DNA of 63,599 nucleotides, filler included, from Hyphochytrium catenoides (lineage: Eukaryota; Protista; Hyphochytriomycota): the NCBI GenBank assembly GCA_900088475.1. It is 9 parts of 9 records of this genome, joined end to end, with 100 filler letters (N's around TTAATTAATTAA, not from the genome) between each part and the next. Parts side by side here need not be neighbours in the genome. Positions count along the whole stretch, not along the records: positions 48,094 to 62,131 come from FLMG01003927.1; positions 62,232 to 63,599 come from FLMG01001074.1; 7 more parts are not named here. One strand, 5' to 3'. The notes beneath the pieces were generated by a model. The model saw only the letters and a program-made list of their open reading frames with translations, searched no databases and had not been told where the DNA came from. A program made the position numbers and the translations under genes. How positions within the stretch are numbered: the first letter of the stretch is position 1; every line of letters begins with the position of its first letter. Below are positions 61,722 to 63,599 of this stretch, piece after piece.

Positions 61722-62880
61722 TTGTTGTCTGTGGACGAGTCCTCTCTCAATTCTTACTCCACCAGGAGCGAGAGAAGGAGACGCGTTCCTCTCTTTGAAG
61801 GAGAATACGCACCTCCGCGGGTTCAGGCACTAGAAAGCTTGGAGATGGCGGCGCACGATCCAAACTTCATTGCCGCCACGCGCTCTGGACCCTCTGTCTC
61901 TCTGTCTCTCTCTCTCTGTCTCACAACTCTCTCTCTCTCCCTTATTGAAAGACGTCCCTGTGCCGCGGGCTATCCGTCCCGCTTGTCTCTCTCCTTCCTT
62001 CTGCCGCTTGCTTGTTGCCGATCTACCATCTGCTCTCCTCTGTAAGTTGCTACCGGCCCTTCTGACATCATCACTCGCTTGGGAAGCAACTGGCCAGGTC
62101 TTCTCTCTCTCTCTCCCTGATCTCTCTCTCTNNNNNNNNNNNNNNNNNNNNNNNNNNNNNNNNNNNNNNNNNNNNTTAATTAATTAANNNNNNNNNNNNN
62201 NNNNNNNNNNNNNNNNNNNNNNNNNNNNNNNTCTACATTGTATGTCTCCGAGTGACGCACCTCTGGAGGGGAGATAATAGAGAATTGTGAGGAGGCAGGA
62301 GAGAGAAAGATAGTGGGATGAGAGACAGAGGCATGTTGAAGGTCAGCGGTAGGAATTAGGAGTATCGGAAAGTGGACAAAGGAGAGAGAAGAGAGAAAGA
62401 CATGGTGACAGATAGAGATAGCTAAGAGCGGGAGGGAGAAGGGCTGACAGAAAGAGAGAAAAAGGCCAAGGAATGGATGGAAAAGAGAGGTAGAGAGATG
62501 AACAAGAGATAGAGAGAAAGAAAGAGGGAACAACGGGAGGCAAAGATAGCGAGGAAGAGGAGACATTGATGAGAAAAGGGGAGGAACGTGGCAGAAGTAA
62601 ACCTTCTGGACCTGAGAAACAGAGAGGGCGATAGAGAGAGACACAGTCTAAATGAAATAGAGTTTAATAGAGAAAGAGGCAAAGACAGACAGAGAGATGC
62701 CGCCCAACTGGGGCGAGAGCGGAGAGGGGGCAGTAAGGGAAGGAGAAGGGGACCCTTTAGAGCACAGTGGGAGGAGGAGGAACATAAAAAGACAAGAGCA
62801 GAAACCAACTTCAGTCTACCGTTTGTGGACTGTTTATCCTAAATATTCGCCGCCCTAGAAGCTTAAACGGCAGGACTTAC

Positions 62881-63048
62881 TCCTTCCACCTGAACGTGGG
62901 CCATTAGTGTCTCTTTTCTTGTGACGGCGACCTCGAAGATTTGGTTTCCGGGGCAAAGGGTCGAACGGTAGTGCAATGCAGGTAACCCGGTTAAAATATT
63001 CGCACCGATGCCATGCTTGGTCGTTATCTGGGTAGGAAGGGCCGTTCC
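62881..63048 (-). other. Possible exon of an unidentified gene
   Basis: Non-repetitive block bounded by tacag| and |gtaag, open in two frames; no recognisable domain. Confidence 0.25.
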
Positions 63049-63599
63049 CTGTACACACCAGTGTTTCTCCCTTTTATCTCTTCCTTTTACGTCCTGTCTG
63101 GAAAGTGTGGAAAGCCCAGCGCAATAGGCAGAGGCGCAAACAATCCCTATGCTGTCCTTTCAGGTTAGCTCCCGAGACGGAGGAGCCCCTAAAGTGGGTA
63201 GGGCAGAAGAACACCTCTCTGGCTAAAGACAGGCGACAGCGTGGTGGTTGGATCTATTCTACATTCTGGGTAACATGGGTCACTTGAGGCAACAGAACCA
63301 GGGCTCTCTCCTGCTGCCACTCTCATCCCTCCGTTTCAAGCCGGCTGAAATTCAGCAGCCGCAGCAAAAGAGAGGAGAAAGAGAAAAGGAGAGAAGGCAG
63401 ATGAGCTGAGGGAAGAAGAAGGAGAGTCTGAGGGAGAAGAAGAGCCGAGCATTACACATTCGAGACCAAAAAAGTTCCAGCAACGGACAAAGGCTCGACT
63501 GGGGGCCGTCTCAGTCTTTTCTCTTGTGCGTCTTCGGTTTCTCTCTCTCTCTCTCTGCCTCTTCCTCTATGCTCCTCTCGGTCACCGAGTAGTCTCATG

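Noticed and set aside
20881-62231. Recurring TTAATTAATTAA palindrome as a biological repeat or CRISPR-like array
   Set aside because: Always centred in ~44+44 N; it is an artificial six-frame-stop spacer.
1-63599. Many LSLSLS / RERERE ORFs in the ORF track
   Set aside because: GA/CT repeats lack stop codons, so these ORFs arise by composition alone.

Overview
Eukaryotic nuclear DNA in the standard genetic code, extremely rich in (GA)n/(CT)n microsatellites. It is not one locus. Eight ~100-bp artificial spacers (N~44-TTAATTAATTAA-N~44) join nine unrelated contigs: 1-20880, 20981-22486, 22587-32925, 33025-35490, 35591-37020, 37121-39013, 39114-47993, 48094-62131 and 62232-63599. Most ORF-track entries are spurious Leu/Ser or Arg/Glu translations of microsatellites. 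Genes I reconstructed by reading splice sites: a two-WW-domain protein, a Cu(I) P1B-ATPase, an unknown multi-pass membrane protein, a 7TM-RGS protein, a DOCK GEF (3' part), RRP41, PAM18, a CRC/CXC (LIN54/tesmin-like) protein, a Kelch-TM-RING-H2 ligase (partial), ALG12 (partial), a secreted tyrosinase, APC6/CDC16 (partial), a delta-12 desaturase, a DHA1-type MFS transporter and a Kv-like K+ channel. There are also two decayed LINE relics. From recall, the desaturase and tyrosinase resemble oomycete proteins, suggesting an oomycete/hyphochytrid-like stramenopile (inference, not a search result). I cannot demonstrate a new multi-gene system. The best leads are: (1) introns polarised 5'-(GA)n...(CU)n-3' that could fold back on themselves, plus purine-only introns lacking a pyrimidine tract; (2) a Kelch-ectodomain transmembrane RING-H2 receptor-like ligase; (3) the 7TM-RGS; (4) a microsatellite-free, compact-intron contig that looks like another genomic compartment or another organism.
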